Positions 16,110 to 24,293 of a DNA stretch of 54,238 nucleotides are shown here, piece by piece. This DNA is from Acidobacteriota bacterium (lineage in GTDB: Bacteria; Acidobacteriota; Thermoanaerobaculia; UBA5066). The notes beneath the pieces are model-generated. The model searched no databases, had not been told where the DNA came from, and saw nothing but the letters and a program-made list of their open reading frames with translations. Within the stretch, counting starts at the first letter, position 1. Each line of letters opens with the position of its first letter. Made by a program: the position numbers and the translations under genes. The DNA lies in contig JBBIPB010000001.1 of NCBI GenBank assembly GCA_037443065.1, positions 1 to 54,238 on the forward strand, written 5' to 3'.

Positions 16110-17380
16110 CCGACGGCTTCCTTCTCGTCGCCTTCGCGATCTGCGCGGTCTTCTCCGGCTTCTTCTCCTCCGCCGAGACCGCACTCATGTCCGTTTCGGA
16201 GGCGAACGTCCTGCGGATGAAGGAGGAAGGACGCTCCGCCGCCAGCCGGCTCGAGCGCCTCCGCGCCGACCTCACCGGAACCCTCGGCGCGCTTCTCGTC
16301 GGGAACGTCGTCTTCAACACCGCGGCGGGCACGTTCGGCGCCGCGCTCGCGATCGCCAACCTCGGGGAGGAGCGGGGCGTCCTCGCCGCCACGATCGTCA
16401 CGACGATCCTCCTGCTCGTCGTCTCGGAAGTCACCCCCAAGACCCTCGCCGCCCGCTACCCGGCGGCCGTCGCTCTGGCCGTCGCGGCACCCGTGGAGGT
16501 CTGCGTCGCCATCCTCGCCCCGGTCACGGGCGTCCTCTCGAGGACCGCGAACGTCGTCCTCGATGCCGTCGGCGCCGAGCGCAGGCGTCTCCCCAACTTG
16601 ACGCGGGCGGACCTCCGGAGCGTCATCACGCTCTCCGGCCGCCAGGGCGCCCTCGCGCCCGAGGAGACGGCCATCCTCCAGGCCGTCCTCACATTCGGCA
16701 AGCGCCCGGCCCGGGACGTCATGATCCCGAGGGCCCGCGTCGTCTCGATTCCGGTCTCCACCACCTTCACGCAGCTCGAGATAATCTGCCGGGAGAACCG
16801 GTACAGCCGGTACCCCGTCTGGCGCGAGAACCCGGACGACGTCGTCGGCGTCCTCCACGTCAAGGACCTTTTCGACGTCTCGGACGAGGAGGAGAGGGCG
16901 TTCGACCTCGCGAAGCGGATCCGGCCCGGGATGATCGTCCCCGAGATGAAGAAGTCGGAGGACCTGTTCCGCGAGATGCGAAAGAAGCGGGTCCACCTCG
17001 CCGTCGTCGTCGACGATGCCGGGTCCGTCGCCGGGATCGTCACGCTGGAGGACCTGCTCGAGGAGATCGTCGGCGACATCCGGGACGAGTACGACGAGCC
17101 CGCCTCCGTTCCCGTGACCGACGGCTCCTCGCTCGTCGTGGACGGGGCCTATCCCCTCTCCTCGGTCGAGCAGGACTTCGGCGTCTCTTTCGAGAAGACC
17201 GACGCGGACACGGCGGCCGGGCTCCTCCTCGAACGGCTCGGCCGGATCCCGAGGCCGGGCGTCCGCTGGCGGGAGAAGGAGCTCGACTTCGTCGTCGAGC
17301 GTGCCACGACCCGCGCGATCGAGCGGATCCGGATCACGCGGCAGAGGCATTCACCAGACGACGAGAAGACCGCTACGTGA
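16106..17380 (+). CDS. CNNM/HlyC-CorC family membrane protein (DUF21 + CBS pair + CorC_HlyC)
   Basis: The ATG at 16106 overlaps the upstream stop (ATGA). It reads FFSSAETALMSV...EVTPKTLA (DUF21), followed by a CBS pair and the C-terminal transporter-associated domain. Confidence 0.85.
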   Translation: MTDGFLLVAFAICAVFSGFFSSAETALMSVSEANVLRMKEEGRSAASRLERLRADLTGTLGALLVGNVVFNTAAGTFGAALAIANLGEERGVLAATIVTTILLLVVSEVTPKTLAARYPAAVALAVAAPVEVCVAILAPVTGVLSRTANVVLDAVGAERRRLPNLTRADLRSVITLSGRQGALAPEETAILQAVLTFGKRPARDVMIPRARVVSIPVSTTFTQLEIICRENRYSRYPVWRENPDDVVGVLHVKDLFDVSDEEERAFDLAKRIRPGMIVPEMKKSEDLFREMRKKRVHLAVVVDDAGSVAGIVTLEDLLEEIVGDIRDEYDEPASVPVTDGSSLVVDGAYPLSSVEQDFGVSFEKTDADTAAGLLLERLGRIPRPGVRWREKELDFVVERATTRAIERIRITRQRHSPDDEKTAT

Positions 17381-17419
17381 GGGGTTCTCCGCGTCCGCGG
17401 TGCCGCTGAGAGAGCGACC

Positions 17420-17710
17420 GTGCCGAAGATCGTCTTCCTCGACCAGGGAAAGCGCGGGACCGTCGTCGCGGGGCGGACCGTCCTCGAAGCGGCCCTCGAC
17501 CTCGACGTCGCGATCTCCCATGTCTGCAACGGCGGCGGAACCTGCTCGACCTGCCGCGTGGAATGCGTCGTGAATCCTGAGAACCTCTCCCCCATCGAGC
17601 GAAACGAGATTGCCTACGACATGGGGCCAGGCGTCCGCCTTGGATGCCAGGCCCGGATTCAGGGCGACGTCGGCGTCCGCGTCGTCCCGATCCCGAGGGC
17701 CCTTCTCTGA
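17420..17710 (+). CDS. [2Fe-2S] ferredoxin
   Basis: A 96-aa protein with C-x5-C-x2-C (CNGGGTCSTC) and a distal Cys in RLGCQARI. Confidence 0.8.
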   Translation: MPKIVFLDQGKRGTVVAGRTVLEAALDLDVAISHVCNGGGTCSTCRVECVVNPENLSPIERNEIAYDMGPGVRLGCQARIQGDVGVRVVPIPRALL

Positions 17711-18408
17711 TGGCGAGGCCTTACGTCCGCCGAGCCCTGAAGCAAGCCGGCGCCGCACGGCCTCGCTCCGATCCCGGCGAGGGCCGCTCGAGGATCCCGC
17801 CCCCGCGCATCTTCCTCGACGGCGAGTCAACCGACGCGGGGCCGGTGGACCTTGCGGGTCTCTTCGGGCGCCCTGCGCCGGTCGAAATGGAGATCGGCAC
17901 GGGGAAAGGGCGCTTTCTCCTCGAATCGGCCGCGGCGCATCCCGAAAGGAGTTGGCTGGGCCTCGAGATCGAGCACGCGTACTGCGCCCTCGTGAGGCTT
18001 CGCGCCGCGCGGCTCGGCCTCTCGAACGTCCGGGTGGAGCCTCTCGACGGCCGGGAGTTCGTGATCCGCCGCGTCCCTCCGCGCGCTCTCGCCGCGCTCC
18101 ACGTCTACTTCCCCGACCCGTGGCCGAAGAAGAGGCACCGGAAACGCCGGCTCTTCACGCCGGCGTTCGCGGCGGCGGCGGCCGGTGCCCTCGCTCCCTC
18201 TGGACTCCTGCGCGTCGCGAGCGACCATGCCGGCTACTGGAGTGTCATCGAGGAGGTTCTCGGCGGCGAGCCTCTCCTCGCGCGGCTCTCCGGAGAGGAG
18301 ACGGGGCCCTGGACCAGCGGGACGAACTACGAGCGGAAGTTCGCGGCCTCAGGCCGTCCCGTCTTTCAGGCGGTCTTTCGGCGGCGGCACGGCGGCGAAG
18401 GTCCCTGA
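17710..18408 (+). CDS. trmB: tRNA (guanine46-N7)-methyltransferase
   Basis: The internal ATG at 17710 overlaps the ferredoxin stop (TGATG). It has EIGTGKGRFL and the signature YFPDPWPKKRHRKRRL. Confidence 0.85.
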   Translation: MARPYVRRALKQAGAARPRSDPGEGRSRIPPPRIFLDGESTDAGPVDLAGLFGRPAPVEMEIGTGKGRFLLESAAAHPERSWLGLEIEHAYCALVRLRAARLGLSNVRVEPLDGREFVIRRVPPRALAALHVYFPDPWPKKRHRKRRLFTPAFAAAAAGALAPSGLLRVASDHAGYWSVIEEVLGGEPLLARLSGEETGPWTSGTNYERKFAASGRPVFQAVFRRRHGGEGP

Positions 18409-18969
18409 GACTCTCCGCTCGCGCAGGAGCAGCTCCTTCAGGTAACGGCGGAAGTAGTCGAACCCCGAGACGAGGGCGAACGCCGTCATGACGTAGAGGG
18501 CGGCGCGGCCCGTCTTCCGCCAGAGTCCGATGTCGTCCAGGCGGGCCCCGAGGATCATCAGCGAGATTCCGATGATCTGGGTCGCCATCTTCCATTTCCC
18601 GAGTTTCGACGCGGGGATGACGATGCCGTGGGTCGCCCCGATGGACCGGAGGCCCGTCACGGCGAACTCCCGCCCGATGATGATGCAGACGGCCCAGGCG
18701 TCGGCCTCCTGGAGGTCGACGAGAGAGATGAGCGCCGCCGAGACGAGGAGCTTGTCTGCGATCGGGTCGAGGAGCGTCCCCAGGGTGGTGACCTTCTTGT
18801 ACTTCCGGGCGATGTACCCGTCCAGCGCGTCCGTCAGGGCCGCCACGAGGAAGACGCCGAGCGCGACGTACTCCTTCGCCGGCATCCGCGTCAGGAGGAT
18901 CACGACGAGGAACGGGACGAGAAAGATGCGGAGGAGGGTGAGTGCGTTCGGGACGTTGACGGAGGACAC
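18349..18969 (-). CDS. pgsA: CDP-diacylglycerol--glycerol-3-phosphate 3-phosphatidyltransferase
   Basis: Carries the CDP-alcohol phosphatidyltransferase motif DALDGYIARKYKKVTTLGTLLDPIADK. Its 3' end overlaps trmB convergently by 60 nt. Confidence 0.9.
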   Translation of the reverse strand: MSSVNVPNALTLLRIFLVPFLVVILLTRMPAKEYVALGVFLVAALTDALDGYIARKYKKVTTLGTLLDPIADKLLVSAALISLVDLQEADAWAVCIIIGREFAVTGLRSIGATHGIVIPASKLGKWKMATQIIGISLMILGARLDDIGLWRKTGRAALYVMTAFALVSGFDYFRRYLKELLLRERRVSGTFAAVPPPKDRLKDGTA

Positions 18970-19044
18970 CGGGCCGGCATTCTATCCGGGGCGCGGGCGC
19001 GCGTCTTTACAGACTCGCTCCCCTCCCCGAGAATCGCGCTTCGC

Positions 19045-20466
19045 ATGACGTGCCCTCCGATCGTCTTCGGCACCGACGGGTGGCGGGGCCGGATCGCTCG
19101 CGATCTCACCTTCGACAGCGTGGCCCGCGTCGTCGACGCGATGGCCGGCTGGACCCTCGACCCTTCGAACACCGACCCGGGTGACCCGTGGACGCTCCCG
19201 CTCGTCCACGACACGCGGTTCCTCTCCCCCGAGCTCGCGGCCGAGAACGCTGCCCGCCTCGCCACCTGCGGATTCCGCGTCCTCCTGACGGACGTCCCCG
19301 TCCCGACGCCCTGCGCCTCGTGGCACGTCTTCCATCGCGGACTCCGCGGGGGAATCGCGATCACCGCGTCCCACAACCCGGCCCCCTGGAACGGCGTGAA
19401 GTACAAGTCGTACTTCGGCGGAAGCGCGACGCCCGAGACCTACGAGGCCATCGCGCGCTGCGCGGACCGGCCGCTCGCCGCAAAGACGGGGGGCGTCGCC
19501 GAGACCTGCGACCTCCGGACTCCCTACCGGGACGCGATCGCGGCGGCCGTCGATCTCGACGCCGTCCGGCGTGCGGGCCTCCGCGTCCTCTTCGATGCTC
19601 TTCACGGCGCGGCCGGAACGCTCCTTCAGGAGATCGTCGGTCCGGGGCACCCGACCCGCGTCACGACGCTCCGGGCCGAGCGGAATCCCTGTTTCGGCGG
19701 GATCAACCCCGAGCCGATCCCGCAAAACCTCGGCGCTTCGGCCGAGGCCCTTCGCCGCGACCCCTTCGACCTCGTCCTCGCGAGCGACGGAGACGGCGAC
19801 CGGCTCGGCGTCCTCGACGGGAGCGGGCGCTTCGTCACGCCCCACAGAATCCTCGCCCTCCTCGCCGAGAGCCTCGCAGCCCGCGGCAGGATCCGCGGCG
19901 CCATCGCCAAGACCTTCTCGACGTCGCTCCTTCTCGACCGCGTCGCGGCGAAGCTCGGCGTGCCGCTCCACACGACACCGATCGGCTTCAAGTACATCGC
20001 CGAGAAGATGCTCGCGGGCGAGGTCGGGATCGGCGGCGAGGAGTCCGGGGGGCTCGGCGTCTCCTTCTTCCTCCCGGAGCGGGACGGCGTCCTTTCGGCC
20101 CTCCTCGTCCTCGAAGCCCTCGCGCACGCCGGCGTCTCCTTCCCGGCGCTCCTCGCACGGCAGGACGAGGAGTACGGCTCGCTCGCCTACGACCGGCGCG
20201 ACCTCCACCGTCCGATGCCGGTCCTCCGCGCGTTCGTCGAACGCCTCCGGACGGCCCCGCCGGCGACTCTCGCGGGCGAGCGGGTCACCGGCGTGGAGAC
20301 GCTCGACGGCGTGAAGCTCCTCCTCGGCGGCCGCGGATGGATCCTCCACCGGCTGTCGGGAACCGAGCCGATCCTCCGGATCTACGCCGAGCACGAGGAC
20401 GCCTCCAGCGTCCATCGCCTCCTCGACGCCACGGTCGCTGCGCTCGATGAAAGAGGTCCGCCATGA
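19045..20466 (+). CDS. Alpha-D-phosphohexomutase (PGM/PMM family)
   Basis: The internal ATG at 19045 gives MTCPPIVFGTDGWRG. It also has the catalytic loop ITASHNPAPWNGVKY, the metal loop ASDGDGDR and the sugar loop GGEESGG. Confidence 0.85.
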   Translation: MTCPPIVFGTDGWRGRIARDLTFDSVARVVDAMAGWTLDPSNTDPGDPWTLPLVHDTRFLSPELAAENAARLATCGFRVLLTDVPVPTPCASWHVFHRGLRGGIAITASHNPAPWNGVKYKSYFGGSATPETYEAIARCADRPLAAKTGGVAETCDLRTPYRDAIAAAVDLDAVRRAGLRVLFDALHGAAGTLLQEIVGPGHPTRVTTLRAERNPCFGGINPEPIPQNLGASAEALRRDPFDLVLASDGDGDRLGVLDGSGRFVTPHRILALLAESLAARGRIRGAIAKTFSTSLLLDRVAAKLGVPLHTTPIGFKYIAEKMLAGEVGIGGEESGGLGVSFFLPERDGVLSALLVLEALAHAGVSFPALLARQDEEYGSLAYDRRDLHRPMPVLRAFVERLRTAPPATLAGERVTGVETLDGVKLLLGGRGWILHRLSGTEPILRIYAEHEDASSVHRLLDATVAALDERGPP

Positions 20467-22235
20467 AGCGATCCACGAAAGTCGTCCTCGCCCTGATCGG
20501 GCTCCTTTTCGTCGTCGCCGCCGGTGCCGGGGTCTTCCTCGCGCTCAAGCCGGCGAAAGCGCACGTCTCGATCGCGTCGAAGACGGTCCTGAAGCTCGAC
20601 CTCGAGCGCGGCCTCCCCGAGACCGCTCCCGAGAACCCCTTCGCCGCGTTTCGGGGCGAGAGCCCGCTCACGCTGCGCGGGGTCGTCGAAACGCTCGAGC
20701 GCGCGGGAACCGACGACCGTGTCTCGGGCCTCGTCGCCCGCGTCGGCGCGGCGCCGCTCGGAACGGCACAGGTGCAGGAGATCCGCGACGCCGTGAAGGC
20801 CTTCCGCGGGAAGAAGAAGTTCGCCGTCGCCTTCTCGGAGACGTTCGGCGAGTTCGGCCCCGGAAACGGCGCGTACTACCTCGCGACCGCCTTCGACGAG
20901 ATCTGGCTCCAGCCCTCGGGCGACGTCGGCCTCAATGGCTGGGTCCTCGAGGCGCCGTTCCTTCACGGGATGCTGGACAAGCTCGGCGTGACGCCGCAGT
21001 ACGCCCAGCGCTACGAGTACAAGAATGCGATGAACGTCTTCACGGACACGAAGTTCACGCCCGCCTATCGGGAGGCCGAGCAGCGCCTTCTCGACTCGAT
21101 CTCCGGCCAGGCGGTGCGCGGAATCGCCGAGGGGCGGAAGCTCTCCGAGGCCAACGTGAAGGCGCTCATCGATCGCGGCCCGTTCCTCGGCGCGGAGGCG
21201 AAGGAGGCGAAGCTCGTGGACGGCCTCGCGTACTGGGACGAGGTCTCCGGGAAGGTCAAGGCCCGCGCGGGCGCCGGCGCGGCGCTCCTCTCCTTCCGCG
21301 CCTACCGCGACGGCGCCGGGTCGCCGTACGATTCCGGCTCCCGGACCCTCGCCCTCATCTACGGCCTCGGCGGCGTCGCGCGCGGCCGGGGGGGCTACAA
21401 CCCCGTCACGGAGTCGTGGACGATGGGCTCGGAGACCGTGGCCGCGGCGTTCCGGAAGGCTGCAAAGGACCCGGACGTCGCGGCGATCGTCTTCCGCGTC
21501 GACTCGCCGGGGGGGTCGTACGTCGCGTCGGACACGATCTGGCGCGAGGTCTCCCGCGCCCGGAGGGCCGGGAAGCCGGTCGTCGTCTCGATGGGGAGCG
21601 TGGCCGCCTCGGGCGGCTACTTCGTCGCGATGAACGCCGACCGGATCGTCGCCCAGCCCGGCACGATCACGGGCTCGATCGGCGTCCTCGGCGGGAAGTT
21701 CGTCACGACGGCGATGTGGGAGAAGGTCGGCATCACCTTCGACCAGGTCGAGAGGGGCGCCAACGCGAACTTCTGGAACTCATCGCGCCCGTTCTCTCCG
21801 GCGGAGTGGACCCGTTTCGACGCGTGGCTCGACCGGGTCTACGACGACTTCACCTCGAAGGTGGCCGAGGGACGGAAGCTGCCCAGAGAGAAGGTCCTCG
21901 AGATTGCGAAAGGGCGCGTCTGGACCGGCGAGGACGCGAAGGAACGCGGCCTCGTGGACGAGCTCGGCGGGCTCTCGACCGCGATCCGCGCAGCGAAGGA
22001 CGCGGCGAAGATCCCCGCCTCAGAATCCGTCCGGCTCGTGGAGTTCCCGAAACGGAAGAGCCCGTTCGAGTCGCTGATGGCGAGGCTCTCCGGAGACGAC
22101 GAGGACGACGGAGCGTCCGATTCCTCGCTCGGGACCGTGGACGCCCTGCGCCCCCTTCTCAGGAAGCTCGAGGCGGCCGGTCTCTTCGAAACGGAGCCCG
22201 GAGTCCTCCGGATGCGCCCAATCGAGATCCGTTAG
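20463..22235 (+). CDS. sppA: Signal peptide peptidase SppA, 67K type
   Basis: Has an N-terminal TM segment and two ClpP/crotonase-like halves (VVVSMGSVAASGGYFVAMNADRIVAQPGTITGSIGV). The ATGA overlaps the upstream stop. Confidence 0.85.
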   Translation: MKRSTKVVLALIGLLFVVAAGAGVFLALKPAKAHVSIASKTVLKLDLERGLPETAPENPFAAFRGESPLTLRGVVETLERAGTDDRVSGLVARVGAAPLGTAQVQEIRDAVKAFRGKKKFAVAFSETFGEFGPGNGAYYLATAFDEIWLQPSGDVGLNGWVLEAPFLHGMLDKLGVTPQYAQRYEYKNAMNVFTDTKFTPAYREAEQRLLDSISGQAVRGIAEGRKLSEANVKALIDRGPFLGAEAKEAKLVDGLAYWDEVSGKVKARAGAGAALLSFRAYRDGAGSPYDSGSRTLALIYGLGGVARGRGGYNPVTESWTMGSETVAAAFRKAAKDPDVAAIVFRVDSPGGSYVASDTIWREVSRARRAGKPVVVSMGSVAASGGYFVAMNADRIVAQPGTITGSIGVLGGKFVTTAMWEKVGITFDQVERGANANFWNSSRPFSPAEWTRFDAWLDRVYDDFTSKVAEGRKLPREKVLEIAKGRVWTGEDAKERGLVDELGGLSTAIRAAKDAAKIPASESVRLVEFPKRKSPFESLMARLSGDDEDDGASDSSLGTVDALRPLLRKLEAAGLFETEPGVLRMRPIEIR

Positions 22236-23510
22236 CTAGCGGGCGTCGGCCAGCACGTAACCGGCGCCCACGAACCGGACGACCGGACCCCCCTCGAACG
22301 CCGGAGCGCTGTCCGAGGGTTCGAGGAGCTCGGGGATCACCTCGCCGCCGAAGGCGACGACGACCCGGAGGAGGAGCGTGAGCGGCTGTCCCCATTCCAC
22401 CTCGAATCGTGCGGGCTCCCCGACGCCGGAGATCGCGACCGCGCCGGAACCCGTCAGCTTCAGAAAGGGCTTCTCGATCTCCTTCCGGCGTTCGAAGGCC
22501 GGATCCTCACGGAAGGCGAGCGAGTCCTCGAACGCGAGGAGACGCGTCGGCTCGACGGAAAGCGACTCGCGCGAGAGCGTCCGGACGAACGAAACTCGTC
22601 CTCCATCCGCGAGGAGGAGGCTTCCCGGGCCCGACGCCTTGAGCAGGATCCCGGCCAGCGCCCCTTCGAGCCGCGGCTCGGGCTCGAGGGCGGGCTGCCC
22701 GCTCCGGCCGACGATCGTCCCCTTCCGGACGCGGAGCCCGTCCACCGTCTCGACGGCGAGAAGCCCTCCCGCTTTCGGCGAGAACGGGCCGACCGACGCC
22801 ACGAGCGCGAGGGCGGGCGACGAGTCGGGGCGGCGCCCGACCCTGAAGGTTCCGGAGACGGAGCGGGACCAGCTTCCGGACGAGCCGAGCGTGCGGCCGG
22901 GCCCCGCCATCGAGTCGGCCGGTTCCGGTTTGACGGGAGGGGGCGGCTGCGGGGCGGCGCTACCCGGTCCGCGGGCCGGCATCGCGGCCGCCTGCCGGGC
23001 CATCCGGGAGATCGAGTCGTCCTCTTCCGCCCCGTCCTTCATCTCCGCACCCGCCATCCGCAGGTGCTTCTGCGCCCGCTCCGTCTCGCCGGCCCTCTGG
23101 CAGATGAGGCCGAGCGTGAGATGGGCCTTCCGGTGGGCCGGGGCGAGCGCGAGAACCCTCTCCAGCGGCTCGCGGGCTTCGTCCTCGCGTCCCGACTTGA
23201 AGAGGATGAGCCCGAGGTTGAAGAGGAGGGGAACGGCGTTTTCGTGCGCGACAAGGAGCTCCCGGGTCAGCCGCTCGGCCTCGAGGAAGCTCCCGAGATG
23301 GAAGAGCGTGATCGAGAGGTTCAGGAGCACTTCCGGGTCGTGCGGGCGGAGGCGCTTGGCCTCCTCGAACTCCCGGCGCGCGACTTCATGCTGCCCCTTG
23401 CGCAGCTCTTCCTTCCCGCGGTTGAGATGGAGAAGGAAGAGGCCGTGGTCGAAGAAGGGCGCGGGCCGGAACGGTGCCGCCGAGTTCCCGCCGCCTCGCA
23501 CGCTCGACAT
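22236..23510 (-). CDS. TPR protein with C-terminal AIM24-like (DUF124-like) beta domain
   Basis: The N-terminal about 150 aa are TPR units (EVLLNLSITLFHLGSFLEAERL, KAHLTLGLICQRAGETERAQ). A Pro-rich linker follows. The C-terminus has LKASGPGSLLLADGGRVSFVRTLSRESLSVEPTRLLAFEDSLAF and LKLTGSGAVAISG, which resemble AIM24 family strands. The domain call is from memory of the family. Confidence 0.55.
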   Translation of the reverse strand: MSSVRGGGNSAAPFRPAPFFDHGLFLLHLNRGKEELRKGQHEVARREFEEAKRLRPHDPEVLLNLSITLFHLGSFLEAERLTRELLVAHENAVPLLFNLGLILFKSGREDEAREPLERVLALAPAHRKAHLTLGLICQRAGETERAQKHLRMAGAEMKDGAEEDDSISRMARQAAAMPARGPGSAAPQPPPPVKPEPADSMAGPGRTLGSSGSWSRSVSGTFRVGRRPDSSPALALVASVGPFSPKAGGLLAVETVDGLRVRKGTIVGRSGQPALEPEPRLEGALAGILLKASGPGSLLLADGGRVSFVRTLSRESLSVEPTRLLAFEDSLAFREDPAFERRKEIEKPFLKLTGSGAVAISGVGEPARFEVEWGQPLTLLLRVVVAFGGEVIPELLEPSDSAPAFEGGPVVRFVGAGYVLADAR

Positions 23511-23524
23511 CCGGCTCGTCCTCT

Positions 23525-24274
23525 CTAGCGGGTCCGCCCGAGGAGCGGCGCGACCCGGTCCGTGTCGTCCGTGTTCGTGAGGATCCGCGTCCCGTTCACG
23601 TTCGCCACGCGCACCGGCGCGGCCTTCCTCCGGGCGGCCGGCGCCGCGGGAGACGTCGTCAACCCACGGAACCCTCCGCCGACGGGCGGAGCGGCGGGCG
23701 TCCCGTTCAGCGCCACGAGAACGCGGCGCACGAACTCGCGGGTCTCGGCGAACCGCGGAATCCCGGCGTGCCGCGCCACGGCGTTCTCTCCGGCGTTGTA
23801 AGCGGCTGCGACCAGCGCGACGTCCCCCTCGAAGAGCCTGAGGAGCGCTCCGAGGTACTCGACGCCGCCCCGGATGTTCTCGCGCACGTCGAACCGGTCC
23901 TTCACGCCGAAGCGCCTCGCCGTCTCCGGCATCAGCTGCATGAGGCCGCGAGCCCCCTTGCGCGACACGGCGCGGGAGTTGAAGTTCGACTCCACGAGCA
24001 TGACGCTCTTGACGAGGTCACGGTCGACGCCGCACCGGTCGGCCGCCTCGCGGATCGCCGCGTCCCACGGGCTCGCCGCGAGACGCCGCTGGGCGAGGTA
24101 GGCGTCCGAGGGGGCGCGGCCGTCGACGAGCCATCCGCTCCCCACGTCGTTGTAGATCAGCGCACTCCCGTCGGCCTTCCGGACCAGGCGGACGTCCGCC
24201 CGCACGGAGAGCGCCACCAGGAGAAGCGAAGCCCCAACGCCGACACGAAACACCTGCGTGACCACTGGCGCCAA
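23525..24274 (-). CDS. Lytic transglycosylase (SLT domain), secreted
   Basis: Has a signal peptide plus VMLVESNFNSRAVSRKGARGLMQLMPETA and AAYNAGENAV. Confidence 0.85.
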   Translation of the reverse strand: MAPVVTQVFRVGVGASLLLVALSVRADVRLVRKADGSALIYNDVGSGWLVDGRAPSDAYLAQRRLAASPWDAAIREAADRCGVDRDLVKSVMLVESNFNSRAVSRKGARGLMQLMPETARRFGVKDRFDVRENIRGGVEYLGALLRLFEGDVALVAAAYNAGENAVARHAGIPRFAETREFVRRVLVALNGTPAAPPVGGGFRGLTTSPAAPAARRKAAPVRVANVNGTRILTNTDDTDRVAPLLGRTR

Positions 24275-24293
24275 TTATAGGCCAATGGAAACG

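Noticed and set aside
14802-17350. ORFs 14802..16184(-), 15613..17409(+) and 15989..17350(-).
   Set aside because: Shadow ORFs over queG, Nudix-Rieske and the CNNM gene. They have no recognisable domains and extreme Arg/Pro/Gly/Asp content.
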